Notes: generated from the sequence alone by a model not told the origin. Counted from the stretch's first letter, positions 10,204-20,617 are shown. The stretch: DNA of 64,000 nucleotides from an uncultured delta proteobacterium (GCA_963787125.1 CAWBBV010000018.1:15188-79187), one strand, 5' to 3'. Numbers and translations: made by a program.

Positions 10204-10482
10204 ATGACCAAATCAGATTTGATACTTGTCGTAGCAGAAAAAGCCGGCATCACAGAGAAGAAAGCAGAAGCCGTTGTTAATGCAATATTTGAAGGTATGA
10301 CCGAGACTCTTATTTCTGGCGGCAGAATAGAGATCAGGGGATTTGGTTCATTCGTAGTGAAGGAGTATGCAGGGTACGAAGGTAGAAATCCTAAATCCGG
10401 TGAACTTGTTGTGGTCAAGCCAAAGAAACTACCTTTCTTCAAGGTAGGGAAGGAACTCAAGGAGATGGTTGATAATTTGTGA
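10204..10482 (+). CDS. second IHF-beta/HU-family DNA-binding protein
   Basis: MTKSDL, IEIRGFGSF, GRNPKSGE, PFFKVGKELKE; GGAG RBS. Confidence 0.9.
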   Translation: MTKSDLILVVAEKAGITEKKAEAVVNAIFEGMTETLISGGRIEIRGFGSFVVKEYAGYEGRNPKSGELVVVKPKKLPFFKVGKELKEMVDNL

Positions 10483-10595
10483 AAAGAAGCCTCTTCTTTG
10501 AACTGTCAGAGTGCATGCGGAAAAAAGGTGACAGTCGCAGCAAAATATCTTCTTGATTGAAGTCGTTTAAACTCAAATCCTCTTGAAGGTGAATT

Positions 10596-11177
10596 TTGAC
10601 ATACAGAGCCTTGATCCTAGCCGGTTGGGTAGCAATGATTAGTGCCTTTGCATCCATTCCAGTGGCATATATCTCTTTGAAATTGGAAGGCAGAATTGAT
10701 TCAACCGCGACCTTCATCCAGACAGCAATTCAGATTATCGCAATACTGATATTTCTAGCCATTACCTTAAACCTCAAGAAACTCCTGAATGTTAACTTCA
10801 AGTTCCATGACGCAGACAAAAGCATCGACTGGATGATAAAGGCCAATGTCGTGGCAGGGATACTGACTGTAATAGCACTGCAATCATCCCAACTAAAAGA
10901 CACACTCAGTATGGCAGCCCTCTTGATCATGGTGGCACAGGGAATAGTACAGATTCGATTTGGTTATAAGCTTTTTAAGTTAGAGAACAATCTTGGTGGG
11001 ATGCTAATGCCCTTTTGCTATGCAAATATGGCAACAGGCATATGCGTAGCTTCGGTTATTCTGATCCTTGTGGGAATTTTGATAAGCGCAATATCTGATC
11101 TTATGCTTGGAACAATATTTTTCAATATAGCCAAACTTTTAAAAGATCGACAACATGCTGATGCTCGCGGTGAATAG
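10596..11177 (+). CDS. hypothetical multi-pass membrane protein
   Basis: 193 aa with 5-6 hydrophobic segments; TTG start uncertain. Confidence 0.7.
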   Translation: MTYRALILAGWVAMISAFASIPVAYISLKLEGRIDSTATFIQTAIQIIAILIFLAITLNLKKLLNVNFKFHDADKSIDWMIKANVVAGILTVIALQSSQLKDTLSMAALLIMVAQGIVQIRFGYKLFKLENNLGGMLMPFCYANMATGICVASVILILVGILISAISDLMLGTIFFNIAKLLKDRQHADARGE

Positions 11178-11312
11178 TTAAATTCTGGCTCTTTAGACTT
11201 TAACAAGGCAGTAGAAAAGACCAATACAGTCATTTTGTTGGTGATTGTGGCTAGAGATATTCGGAACTTTGTAGCGCAGACAGTGACATTATGAATGATT
11301 TCAAGGTAAGCA

Positions 11313-11621
11313 ATGAGCAATCAGATTATTAGAACAGATAATGTATTAGTGCGGGTAATGGAACTTAAAGAGAGTTCTTCTACTGATTGGCACTATCATT
11401 CTGAGGTGATTGATTATTTTGTTTGTTTGAATGGGGTCATCAGAGTTGAAACCAAGAGCCCCGACGACCTGTTTATCTTGCATCCAGGACAAAGAGCAGA
11501 AATCAAACCACCCCAAGTACATCGAGTGATAAATTCCCATAACGGTGAATCAAAGTATCTTTTGATCCAAGGTGTAGGCTTATATGATTTTATCAAAGTA
11601 AACCTGCCTGTATCAGAGTAA
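11313..11621 (+). CDS. cupin-domain protein
   Basis: Cupin motifs WHYHSEVIDYF and PPQVHRVIN. Confidence 0.85.
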   Translation: MSNQIIRTDNVLVRVMELKESSSTDWHYHSEVIDYFVCLNGVIRVETKSPDDLFILHPGQRAEIKPPQVHRVINSHNGESKYLLIQGVGLYDFIKVNLPVSE

Positions 11622-11668
11622 AAGCAGCTTCAAACTCTTGGCTGGATAAAACCTTATATGGAGAAAAC

Positions 11669-12289
11669 ATGATTCGTTCTGTTCGGTTAGCCGCTTGGAT
11701 TGTCCTTGGTTTTGCTTTTTCTGCACTGGCAAGCGAACAACATAATATTGACGGCTTCGGTATAGCCAAATGGGGGATGTTGAAAAAAGATATCCTTGCA
11801 GTAGAGGGAGCGCCATCAGATGTTGACAAGGATACTGGCTATATTACCTACAGTGACAAAATGGTCATGGGTAAAAAAGCGATAATCAGGTATCAGTTTG
11901 AGGCAGGGTGCAATGATTTTGATATATCCCAATGCCGTTTTTCGGATGGACAATATTTATTTGGTGAGGATTCAAATGAGTTTTATGCTCAGATGCAGGA
12001 AGCTCTTACAACCAAATATGGCTTGCCAACTAATACTACAACCACGACAAAAACATATCCTACTATGGCAACAAGCGGTAAATGCGAGATAGAGACGCAG
12101 GTATCTGAAAGAATCATGGGGAAAGCTTCTATTAAGTTCATAACGGAATGTAGTTTATACGATTTCACCTCAAAGCTCACCACCAAGGAAATTAAAGCTA
12201 ATACTTGCAGAGCTTCAGTTTCCTACTATGGACCTTACCATTACAAACCTTTATCAAAAAAGAATGTTTCGCAAGATAGGGGGCTTTGA
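11669..12289 (+). CDS. exported hypothetical protein
   Basis: Signal peptide ending SALA; DGFGIAKWGM; GGAG RBS. Confidence 0.7.
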   Translation: MIRSVRLAAWIVLGFAFSALASEQHNIDGFGIAKWGMLKKDILAVEGAPSDVDKDTGYITYSDKMVMGKKAIIRYQFEAGCNDFDISQCRFSDGQYLFGEDSNEFYAQMQEALTTKYGLPTNTTTTTKTYPTMATSGKCEIETQVSERIMGKASIKFITECSLYDFTSKLTTKEIKANTCRASVSYYGPYHYKPLSKKNVSQDRGL

Positions 12290-12520
12290 CATCAGGCGTG
12301 ACTCACGCTGGAGAATTCCCAAGAAATTTTTTTGTTATCTCTAATTGCTGATAGGTAGACGATATATTATCGGGTTGAATGGAGGTGTGATTAGTGTTAT
12401 GTAATTAAATCCAGAGAGTTGATATTACCTTAACATAAACTGTTCAATCTTTAACGATGAACGTAAAAATTCACTGTCGAAACGTAACGTTTCAATTCAC
12501 AACGAAAAGGAGTCATCCCA

Positions 12521-13819
12521 ATGAAACTGAATCATCTGGTGCTAGCATCACTCTTGACCATGTCAGCAACCTCAGCCCATTGCGCCGGCATCTGGCTCAG
12601 TGAAAACGGCTCAACCGGCATGGGGACCGCCACTGCCGGCCGGGTTGCCCTGGCAAACGACGCGTCTACTGCCTTCAACAACCCGGCCGGCATGACCCGG
12701 CTCGACCGCTCACAGCTGCAAGCCGGCCTTGTCGGCCTTGACATCCACTCGGAGTTCACCGGAAAGACCTCGTATCCCGGCCTGGACGGCTCTGTTGAAA
12801 CCGGCGGAAACGGCCATAATATAGGTGCCATTACTCCGGTGACGAACTTGAGTTATGTCCACGTTGTGACACCCGACCTGCGGCTTGGAGTTACTGTCGG
12901 CTCCTATTTCGGCCTGGCGCTGGACTACGGCGATTCCTGGCAGGGGCGTTACTACGTCCAGCGGGCTGAACTGCTCACCATGGGGATCACCCCGTCAGTC
13001 GGCTACAAAGTGAACAATTGGCTGTCGGTCGGTGGCGGCGCAACCATTCTCTACGGGAAATTAAAGCAGGATCTGGCCGTCAACACCAGCCCGCTTGGCG
13101 GGCGTAACCCTGACGACGGCACTCTGGAGATTGACTCGAACGATATAGGCTACGGCTACAACCTGGGCATTTTCCTTCAGCCGTCGGAGAGCACCCGTGT
13201 AGGACTGACCTACATCTCCAAGGTAAAGCTCAAATTTGATGATGTTGCTACGGCTAGAAATGTACCGTCCGGCGCCCCCATCTGGAGTGCACTTGCGCCG
13301 CGACTCAACAACAGCAGCCTGAATCTTGAATGGACCATCCCCCAGGCAGTCAACGCCAGCGTCTATCAGCAGCTGACGAACAGCCTGGCAGTCATGGCCA
13401 ATGTCGGCTGGCAGGACTGGAGCGAATTCGGCAACCTCTCTGCCGATTTGTCCAGCCCTTCCGCCGCCGGCAGCAAAAGCATAGACGCCGGTTTTGACGA
13501 TACCTGGCACGGAGCCATCGGCCTGCATTACCAGATTGCCGCGCCCTGGCTCTGGCAAGTCGGTTTTGCCTACGACAGTTCCCCGGTCAAGGAAGAACAC
13601 CGTTCGGTGATCATGCCGCTCGACCGGCAGCTCCGCTATGCCACCGGCATTGAATATGCCATGAACAAGGATATCACCCTCGGCTGTGACTATACCTTTA
13701 TTGATGCCGGTAAAAGCAAGATCAATCAGGAGCGCGGACCATTGGCCGGACATATTGTCGGCCAGTTCGACACCAACTACATCAATGCACTCGGTCTGCG
13801 AATGAACTGGAAATTCTAG
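12521..13819 (+). CDS. FadL/OmpP1/TodX-family outer-membrane transporter
   Basis: Signal peptide, DASTAFNNPAGM hatch motif, C-terminal aromatic (WKF). Confidence 0.9.
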   Translation: MKLNHLVLASLLTMSATSAHCAGIWLSENGSTGMGTATAGRVALANDASTAFNNPAGMTRLDRSQLQAGLVGLDIHSEFTGKTSYPGLDGSVETGGNGHNIGAITPVTNLSYVHVVTPDLRLGVTVGSYFGLALDYGDSWQGRYYVQRAELLTMGITPSVGYKVNNWLSVGGGATILYGKLKQDLAVNTSPLGGRNPDDGTLEIDSNDIGYGYNLGIFLQPSESTRVGLTYISKVKLKFDDVATARNVPSGAPIWSALAPRLNNSSLNLEWTIPQAVNASVYQQLTNSLAVMANVGWQDWSEFGNLSADLSSPSAAGSKSIDAGFDDTWHGAIGLHYQIAAPWLWQVGFAYDSSPVKEEHRSVIMPLDRQLRYATGIEYAMNKDITLGCDYTFIDAGKSKINQERGPLAGHIVGQFDTNYINALGLRMNWKF

Positions 13820-13852
13820 TTGTTCAATTACCCGGGAGGAAAAGTGAATACC

Positions 13853-16288
13853 ATGAAAATACAGATTACCAGAATTATTACGTCTGTTTCTGCTGTCGCT
13901 CTGTTCATGGGCAGCACAGGGACTGCAACTGCAGCGCAGACAGAACCCGATCGCACCATCCTGCCGATTCAGGAATCGAAGCGGCCGTTTATCAAGGAAC
14001 TGGACGTGCGCAACGTGAAGACGCCGCCCCACACCGAGGTCAAGGCACCTGTCGGAGCGCCGAACGTGGTCATCATCCTGATTGACGATCTGGGCTTCGG
14101 TGCTACCGGCACCTTTGGCGGCCCGATCCGGACGCCGACCCTGGAGCGGCTGGCTGAGAACGGCCTGCGCTACAACAATTTCCACACGACAGCGCTCTGC
14201 TCGCCGACCCGGGCCGCACTCAAGTCCGGTCGTAATCACCACATGGTCAACATGGGGTTTATCACCGAGATGGCCACCGGCTTTCCGGGGGCCACCGGCC
14301 AGATCCCCAATACCACGGCCCCGGTGGCGGAAATGCTCCGCCTCAACGGCTACAACACGGCGGCCTTCGGCAAATGGCACGAGACCGCCGCCTGGGAGAC
14401 CAGCGTCTCCGGCCCCTTTGACCGCTGGCCGACCCAGCAGGGGTTTGACAAGTTCTATGGCTTCATCGGCGGCGAAACGAACCAGTGGGCGCCCTATCTT
14501 TATGATGGCGTCACTCAGGTCGAGCTGCCCAATGATCCGAACTACCATTTCATGACCGACATGACCGACAAGGCGGTGGCCTGGATCAAGTTCCAGAAGG
14601 CCATCACCCCGGACAAACCGTTCTTCATCTATTTTGCACCGGGGGCCACCCACGCGCCGCACCATGTTCCCAAGGAGTGGATCACCAAGTGGCAGGGGAA
14701 ATTTGACCAGGGGTGGGACAAGATGCGGGAAGAGACCTATGCCAGTCAGCTGAAAAACGGCATCATTCCTCCCGGCACGAAGCTGGCCCCGAAACCGCAA
14801 GCGATCAAGGCGTGGGACAACCTGTCCGCTGACGAAAAGCGCCTCTTCAGCCATCAGATGGAAGTTTTCGCCGCCTATCTCGATTTCACCGACAGCGAAA
14901 TCGGCCGGCTGCTTGCTGCTGTCAAAGAAACCGGCGAGGCTGATAACACCCTCGTCTTCTACATCGCCGGCGATAACGGCGCCAGCGCCGAAGGTGGCGA
15001 GAACGGCATGTTCAATGAGTACACCTATTTCAATGGTGTCCATGAGACCGTACCCGAAATGCTGAAGGTCATCGACAAGTGGGGCGGTCCGGAAACTTAT
15101 CCGCACTATGCTGCCGGTTGGGCGGTCGCCATGGATTCCCCTTTCACCTGGACCAAGCAGATGGCTTCCGATTTCGGCGGCACCCGCAACGGCATGGTGA
15201 TCAGCTGGCCCAAGGGAATAAAGTCCAAGAACGGCATTCGCAGCCAGTTCGGCCATGTCATTGATATCGCGCCTACTATCCTGGAAGCTGCCGGCCTGCC
15301 GCAGCCGAAAGTGGTGAACGGTACGCCGCAGATTCCAATCCAGGGGACCAGCCTTATCTACTCGTTTGACAACGCCAAGGCGAAAGAACGCCACACCACG
15401 CAATACTTCGAGATCGCCGGCAACCGCGCTATCTATAACGACGGCTGGTTGGCGCGCACCATCCACCGGGCGCCGTGGGAGAAGACACCGCGCGCTACCC
15501 TGCAGAAGGATGTCTGGGAGCTCTATGATGTTCGCAATGATTACAGCCTGACGGTTGATCTGGCCGCCAAAAACCCGAAAAAGCTGAAAGAACTACAGGC
15601 GCTCTTTATGAAAGAGGCGGAGAAAAACCATGTTCTCCCCATCGACGACCGGCTCTTCGAGCGCGCCCTGGCTGAGATGGTCGGCCGCCCCGACCTGATG
15701 GCCGGGCGCACCTCCCTGACCCTGGCCGAAGGGATGACCGGCATGATGGAGAACGTCTTCATCAGCGTCAAGAACAAGTCCAAGACCATTACCGCCGAGG
15801 TTGAAGTGCCTGCCGGCGGCGGCAACGGCGCTATTCTCGTCCAGGGTGGCCGTTTTGGCGGCTGGGCACTCTATGTCAAGGATGGTGTGCCTGCATATGA
15901 CTACAATTTCCTCGGTTTGCAGCGCTATTCGGTTGCCGCCACCAAGCCGCTCGCTCCCGGCAAGGCGACCATCAAGTTCGACTTCGCCTATGATGGTGGC
16001 GGACTCGGCAAGGGCGGTCTCGGCACCCTCTATGTCAATGGCGAGCAGGTCGCCCAGGGGCGGATCGAGCATACCCAGCCGATGATCTTCTCGGCCGATG
16101 AAACAGCTGACGTGGGTATCGATCTTGGCACGCCGGTGGTTGAGGCGATCGGCTCGGAAGCAAGGTCGAAGTTCACCGGTAAAATTTCCAAAGTGATGGT
16201 TGAGGTGAAGCCGATGGCAGTGCCGGATAAAGCTGCGGCTGAAAAGGCACAGAAGGCTGCGGCGAAGAAGAAGGTGCTGTCTGACTGA
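13853..16288 (+). CDS. Cys-type arylsulfatase with C-terminal beta-sandwich (LamG-like) extension
   Basis: ILIDDLGFG, LCSPTRAALKSGR (CxPxR), FGKWH, GDNG; signal peptide; alternative GTG start at 13844. Confidence 0.92.
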   Translation: MKIQITRIITSVSAVALFMGSTGTATAAQTEPDRTILPIQESKRPFIKELDVRNVKTPPHTEVKAPVGAPNVVIILIDDLGFGATGTFGGPIRTPTLERLAENGLRYNNFHTTALCSPTRAALKSGRNHHMVNMGFITEMATGFPGATGQIPNTTAPVAEMLRLNGYNTAAFGKWHETAAWETSVSGPFDRWPTQQGFDKFYGFIGGETNQWAPYLYDGVTQVELPNDPNYHFMTDMTDKAVAWIKFQKAITPDKPFFIYFAPGATHAPHHVPKEWITKWQGKFDQGWDKMREETYASQLKNGIIPPGTKLAPKPQAIKAWDNLSADEKRLFSHQMEVFAAYLDFTDSEIGRLLAAVKETGEADNTLVFYIAGDNGASAEGGENGMFNEYTYFNGVHETVPEMLKVIDKWGGPETYPHYAAGWAVAMDSPFTWTKQMASDFGGTRNGMVISWPKGIKSKNGIRSQFGHVIDIAPTILEAAGLPQPKVVNGTPQIPIQGTSLIYSFDNAKAKERHTTQYFEIAGNRAIYNDGWLARTIHRAPWEKTPRATLQKDVWELYDVRNDYSLTVDLAAKNPKKLKELQALFMKEAEKNHVLPIDDRLFERALAEMVGRPDLMAGRTSLTLAEGMTGMMENVFISVKNKSKTITAEVEVPAGGGNGAILVQGGRFGGWALYVKDGVPAYDYNFLGLQRYSVAATKPLAPGKATIKFDFAYDGGGLGKGGLGTLYVNGEQVAQGRIEHTQPMIFSADETADVGIDLGTPVVEAIGSEARSKFTGKISKVMVEVKPMAVPDKAAAEKAQKAAAKKKVLSD

Positions 16289-16361
16289 GCCGTTTTTTGC
16301 GGGAGAAAAGAGTTGAGCCGCTCACGAAATCATAACCATAACAGTGAGGGGAAGGAAACCA

Positions 16362-17879
16362 ATGAGAATTTTCAGAATGTTTAAGGCCGGCCTGATGGCA
16401 GTGTTGGTACTCAGCATTGCGCTTCCCTGCTTGGCAGAGCCATCCAGGATGAAGATGAGCACGACAATTCCACCGGGGATTGAGATGCCGGACAAGGTGG
16501 AGACCCGTCTGGGGACGCTCAAGTTCTTCGACGGCTTCCCGGACAATGCTTCAGTCGAAAAGCTCTACGACAATCTCGACTTCCAGCGCGCCGTTCAGGC
16601 CTATCTGCTCGCGCTGCCACCGGTGAACCAGGTGGCGAATCGCAAGGCGATGCGAGAGGTGGGGCCGGACAACACAACGGTGCCGATCTTCGAAACCATG
16701 ATGAACGCCCGCTCGATCTTCCTGACCCCGAACAATAACACGCCCTACACCTGGTTCTGGCTCGACCTGCGCAACGGGCCGCTGGTCCTAGAAGTGCCGC
16801 CCAAAGTCCTCGGGCTGATTGACGACATGTGGTATCACTTTGTCACCGATGTGGGCATGGTGGGGCCGGACAAGGGCGAGGGCGGCAAGTATCTGCTCCT
16901 GCCTCCCGGTTATAAGGGCGAAGTCCCCGAAGGGTACTTTGTGGTGCGGCCGGCGACGTTCAGTGTCTGGGTGCCCTGGCGCACATTCCTGGAAAACGGC
17001 GACCCGAAACCGAGTGTAGACCGGGTGAAGAAGCTCACGAAGATCTATCCGCTATCCCAGGCCGCCAATCCGCCGACCCTGAACTTCGTCAACGTTTCCG
17101 GCAGGGATTTCAACTCCGATGCCCCGGCGGACTATCCTTTCTGGGAATATCTCAACCAGGTGGTCCAGGAAGAGCCGACGGATTCCATTGACCCGGTTAC
17201 CCTTGGTTACTGGGCCTCCATCGGTATTCAGAAGGGGAAACCTTTTAATCCGGATGCGCGGATGAAAAAAATTCTCACCGAGGCGGCGCTGGTGGGCGAC
17301 GCGACAGCCCGTGCTGTCATGTACCGCTGGCGGACTCCCGAGGGATACTATTATCCGGATACAAAAAGCGCTTGGCGGCTGGGGTTTGTTGGCGGTTACA
17401 AGTTTGAGGAGAACGGGGCGCGAAATCTTGACGCATACTCGGGATTTTTCTTCTACGCCACCGGTGTAACGCCGGCCATGGATTCCAAAATGGTCGGGCA
17501 AGGGTCGCAGTACATGGCGGCCTTTGTTGACTCCAAGAGCAAACCGCTGGACGGCGGCAAGAGCTACAAACTTCATCTGCCACCCAACATCCCGGTTGCC
17601 AACTTCTGGTCGGTGATCCTCTACGACAACCAGACCCGCGCGATGCTGCAGACCGACCAGCAGTGGCCGGCGGTCAGCAGTCAGACTAAAGGGCTCCGGG
17701 TTAATCCGGACAGTTCAGTGGACATCTATTTCGGACCGAAAGCGCCAAAAGGGAAGGAGAGCAACTGGGTGCAGACGGTTCCCGGCAAGGGCTGGAACAC
17801 GCTCCTGCGCCTCTACGGTCCGCTTCAACCGTGGTTCGACAAGACCTGGCGACCGGGAGAGATTGAAATGGTGAAGTGA
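16362..17879 (+). CDS. exported DUF1254/DUF1214-domain protein
   Basis: LTPNNNTPY, GPDKGEGGKYLLLPP, FWSVILYD, LRLYGP motifs; signal peptide. Confidence 0.88.
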   Translation: MRIFRMFKAGLMAVLVLSIALPCLAEPSRMKMSTTIPPGIEMPDKVETRLGTLKFFDGFPDNASVEKLYDNLDFQRAVQAYLLALPPVNQVANRKAMREVGPDNTTVPIFETMMNARSIFLTPNNNTPYTWFWLDLRNGPLVLEVPPKVLGLIDDMWYHFVTDVGMVGPDKGEGGKYLLLPPGYKGEVPEGYFVVRPATFSVWVPWRTFLENGDPKPSVDRVKKLTKIYPLSQAANPPTLNFVNVSGRDFNSDAPADYPFWEYLNQVVQEEPTDSIDPVTLGYWASIGIQKGKPFNPDARMKKILTEAALVGDATARAVMYRWRTPEGYYYPDTKSAWRLGFVGGYKFEENGARNLDAYSGFFFYATGVTPAMDSKMVGQGSQYMAAFVDSKSKPLDGGKSYKLHLPPNIPVANFWSVILYDNQTRAMLQTDQQWPAVSSQTKGLRVNPDSSVDIYFGPKAPKGKESNWVQTVPGKGWNTLLRLYGPLQPWFDKTWRPGEIEMVK

Positions 17880-17891
17880 ATCGTTCGCCGG

Positions 17892-17952
17892 CGTACACAA
17901 CCGGTTGCAGCGGTCGGCGCGGACGCGCCGCCGCTGTACCGGGGCGCTGAAC
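17892..17952 (+). repeat. degenerate integron attC site
   Basis: CAC-AA-CCGGTTGCAGCGG...CCGCTGTACCGG-GGC-GCTGAAC: attC-type imperfect palindrome with both cores one base off (AAC>CAC, GTT>GCT). Confidence 0.65.
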
Positions 17953-17968
17953 AACTTAAAATAAACAA

Positions 17969-18784
17969 GTGAACTTGATGAGACGGAATAGTTTAATGCT
18001 TGTCACTTTTTTCAGTATTTTTTTGGCGACCATCACGATGTCTGCCGATGCTTCTGGTTGGGAAGAGATTGCCAAGGTTGGCCGGATTTTTAAAAGCGCT
18101 GGGGTAAATGGCACTTTTGTTCTCTATGATGTTGACGCGCAAAAGTATATTGGCCATGACAGGATTCGAGCAGAGAAAAGATATGTTCCTGCTTCAACAT
18201 TCAAGATTCCAAATTCACTGATCGGACTTTCAACAGGTGCCGTGAAAAGTGTTGACGAAGTTCTACCATACAACGGGCCTCCGACCCCTTACATCAAGGC
18301 TTGGGGAAAGGACATGGGGTTACGCGAAGCCATTGTCATATCCAACGTCCCAATCTATCAGGAACTTGCCCGGCGCATAGGTCTTGAGCGTATGCGGGAT
18401 AGTGTTGAGCGTATGGATTACGGCAATAAAGAAATAGGCACTTCAGTAGATACTTTTTGGCTTAAAGGGCCACTCAAAATAAGTGCAATCGAGCAATCCA
18501 AATTCCTTGCCAAGCTGGCACAAAGCGCATTGCCAGTTCCCCATGATTTTCAGAGAAGTGTTCAAGAAATCTGCCTATTAGAAAAAGGATCAAACTGGAA
18601 ACTTTATGGTAAAACTGGCTGGGAAAACGCGCCTGGACAGGGAGTCGGTTGGTGGGTCGGCTGGGTTCAAAAAGATGGCCGTATTTATGCGTTTGCATTG
18701 AACATGGACATGCAGAAAGAATCAGATGGAAGCAAACGCATAGAACTTGGCAAGGCAAGCCTAAAAACTCTGGATATACTTTGA
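17969..18784 (+). CDS. blaOXA: class D (OXA-type) beta-lactamase
   Basis: STFK, SNV, YGN, FWL and KTG motifs intact; signal peptide; start GTG 17969 or ATG 17978. Confidence 0.9.
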   Translation: MNLMRRNSLMLVTFFSIFLATITMSADASGWEEIAKVGRIFKSAGVNGTFVLYDVDAQKYIGHDRIRAEKRYVPASTFKIPNSLIGLSTGAVKSVDEVLPYNGPPTPYIKAWGKDMGLREAIVISNVPIYQELARRIGLERMRDSVERMDYGNKEIGTSVDTFWLKGPLKISAIEQSKFLAKLAQSALPVPHDFQRSVQEICLLEKGSNWKLYGKTGWENAPGQGVGWWVGWVQKDGRIYAFALNMDMQKESDGSKRIELGKASLKTLDIL

Positions 18785-18848
18785 GAGGTCCAACACTTAT
18801 TGTACAGTTGATCGACCTGACGTGAAGTAACGGGGAGGCGTACAATCC

Positions 18849-20123
18849 ATGACATGGCTGCAGCGCTATAAACTGCGCAATTTTGTGCAATCCTCGCTCT
18901 GGCTGCCGTCCATTCTCGCTGCCTTGCTGGCAGTGATCAGTCACCGGCTGGTCTGGAAGTTCAATCTCATGGTTCACTGGGAACTGCTCGGCTATTCCCT
19001 GGAGAGCGCCCGGGCAATTGTCAGTGCCATTAGTTCGGCCATGCTGACCTTTACTGTCTTTCTGATGTCGATGATCTTCCTTGCCATTCAGCTTGCTGTC
19101 GGCCAGTTGACACCGCGCATCGTCGCCTTTGCTTTCCGTGACCGAGTTATCAAGCTGTCGCTGTCAGTTTTCACCTTTACCTACGTGTTTTCCATCAGTG
19201 CCCTCGGTCGGTTGGAAAGACCGGTGCCGGAACTGGTGGTACTGCTGACAATTCTCCTGTCAATTATCAGTATCGGCACCTTCCTCTTTTTTGTCGACTA
19301 CATGGGAAAAGCGCTTCGCCCGATCAGTATCTGCGCCAGACTGGCCAATGCGGGCGTAGCGATCATCGAGTTCATTTATCCACGGCTGCCCGGTCAGAAC
19401 CCTGGCGAACAGCAGGCAGCGAAGCAGCAGAAAATTGAGGGCGTTTGCCTGACAATCTTTCATGAAGGCCGTTCCGGAATCATCATGGCGTTTGATGCGC
19501 CGGGACTGCTCAATCTGGCTGTGCTGCACAACTGCGTCATCAGGCTGGTTCCCCAGGTCGGCGACTTTGTCCCCACTGGCGATGCTCTATTCAGCATTTA
19601 TCAGGGAGGGAAAACCCTGGATTCCCGGCAACTGGGCCAGAGTCTGGTCTTCGGGGTGGAACGGACCACCGAGCAGGATCCGGAGTTTGTTTTCCGGATT
19701 ATTGTCGATGTTGCCATCAAGGCACTTTCGCCGACAATCAACGATCCAACCACGGCCATTGCCTGCATTGACCAGCTGCATCGACTGCTACGCCGGGTTG
19801 GCGAACGTGATCTTGGCGATGGCTGCCTCCGCGACCGGGAGGGCACCGTGCGGCTGACCTTCCCGACTCCCGAATGGGAGGATTTTGTCCAGTTGGCCGT
19901 GACAGAGATACTCCAGTACGGTGCCGACAGCATTCAGGTTATCCGCCGGCTACGCGCCATGCTGGCCGACCTGCTGGCACAGCTGCCCGAAAAGCGGCAT
20001 CCAGCAGTCAGAGCCCAGCTTGATTTGCTTGGCCGTATCATAGAGCAAAACTTCACCGATCCACTTGTCCGGGAATTTGCCATGTCCGGTGATTATATGG
20101 GGGTCGGCGGCGCCAGGCGGTAG
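18849..20123 (+). CDS. DUF2254-family membrane protein
   Basis: QLTPR, VDVAIKALSPTINDPTTA motifs; four N-terminal TMs. Confidence 0.85.
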   Translation: MTWLQRYKLRNFVQSSLWLPSILAALLAVISHRLVWKFNLMVHWELLGYSLESARAIVSAISSAMLTFTVFLMSMIFLAIQLAVGQLTPRIVAFAFRDRVIKLSLSVFTFTYVFSISALGRLERPVPELVVLLTILLSIISIGTFLFFVDYMGKALRPISICARLANAGVAIIEFIYPRLPGQNPGEQQAAKQQKIEGVCLTIFHEGRSGIIMAFDAPGLLNLAVLHNCVIRLVPQVGDFVPTGDALFSIYQGGKTLDSRQLGQSLVFGVERTTEQDPEFVFRIIVDVAIKALSPTINDPTTAIACIDQLHRLLRRVGERDLGDGCLRDREGTVRLTFPTPEWEDFVQLAVTEILQYGADSIQVIRRLRAMLADLLAQLPEKRHPAVRAQLDLLGRIIEQNFTDPLVREFAMSGDYMGVGGARR

Positions 20124-20281
20124 GTAGTTGTTTTTAGGAAAGTTTTCCAGATATATTTGCCAGCCTGGGTATGGCTCAAGGAACGTAAATAAGTCGAACA
20201 GTCCAAGCTGAACAACAAGTCCAGGGAGTAGCAGCACATGCTCTCCTCCTCGATTGTTTTTTCTACACAAAGGAGCCTGCC

Positions 20282-20617
20282 ATGGAAATCAGGAAAATAA
20301 TTCTTCTTTCAAGTGCATTTCTCTGCTTGACTCTGCCCGCATTTGCAGACGATTCGCCGGCAGTAGTTTCAACTCAGGACAACTCTGGAGCAATGTCGGT
20401 CGATGAGACTCAGGGGAAGACATATGCGGTGGATTGCTATCAGGGGAATCCGGAAACAGGTCTGAACAGGGGCAGTCTGACCGTCACCTCACCAAGTGAG
20501 GCCGGTCCGGCCTGCAACTCCACTTATTACGACTGTCAGGACAAATGTTACGGGTGCTTTTACGGGGCGAACGGCAGGATCTGCGCCGACAGAAACGGCA
20601 GTACTTACCAAAGGTGA
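20282..20617 (+). CDS. small exported Cys-rich protein
   Basis: Signal peptide ending PAFA; six Cys in C-terminal 60 aa; AAGGAG RBS. Confidence 0.75.
   Translation: MEIRKIILLSSAFLCLTLPAFADDSPAVVSTQDNSGAMSVDETQGKTYAVDCYQGNPETGLNRGSLTVTSPSEAGPACNSTYYDCQDKCYGCFYGANGRICADRNGSTYQR

Noticed and set aside
11198..11295. Possible attC between the membrane protein and cupin genes (CTTTAACAAGG...ATTATGA)
   Set aside because: No complementary inner arms and both cores are imperfect
13061..15466. 801-aa ORF on the minus strand (and similar long antisense ORFs over anSME, pqiB, pgm)
   Set aside because: Shadow of strongly biased GC-rich codon usage opposite genes with clear motifs; no recognisable domains or RBS
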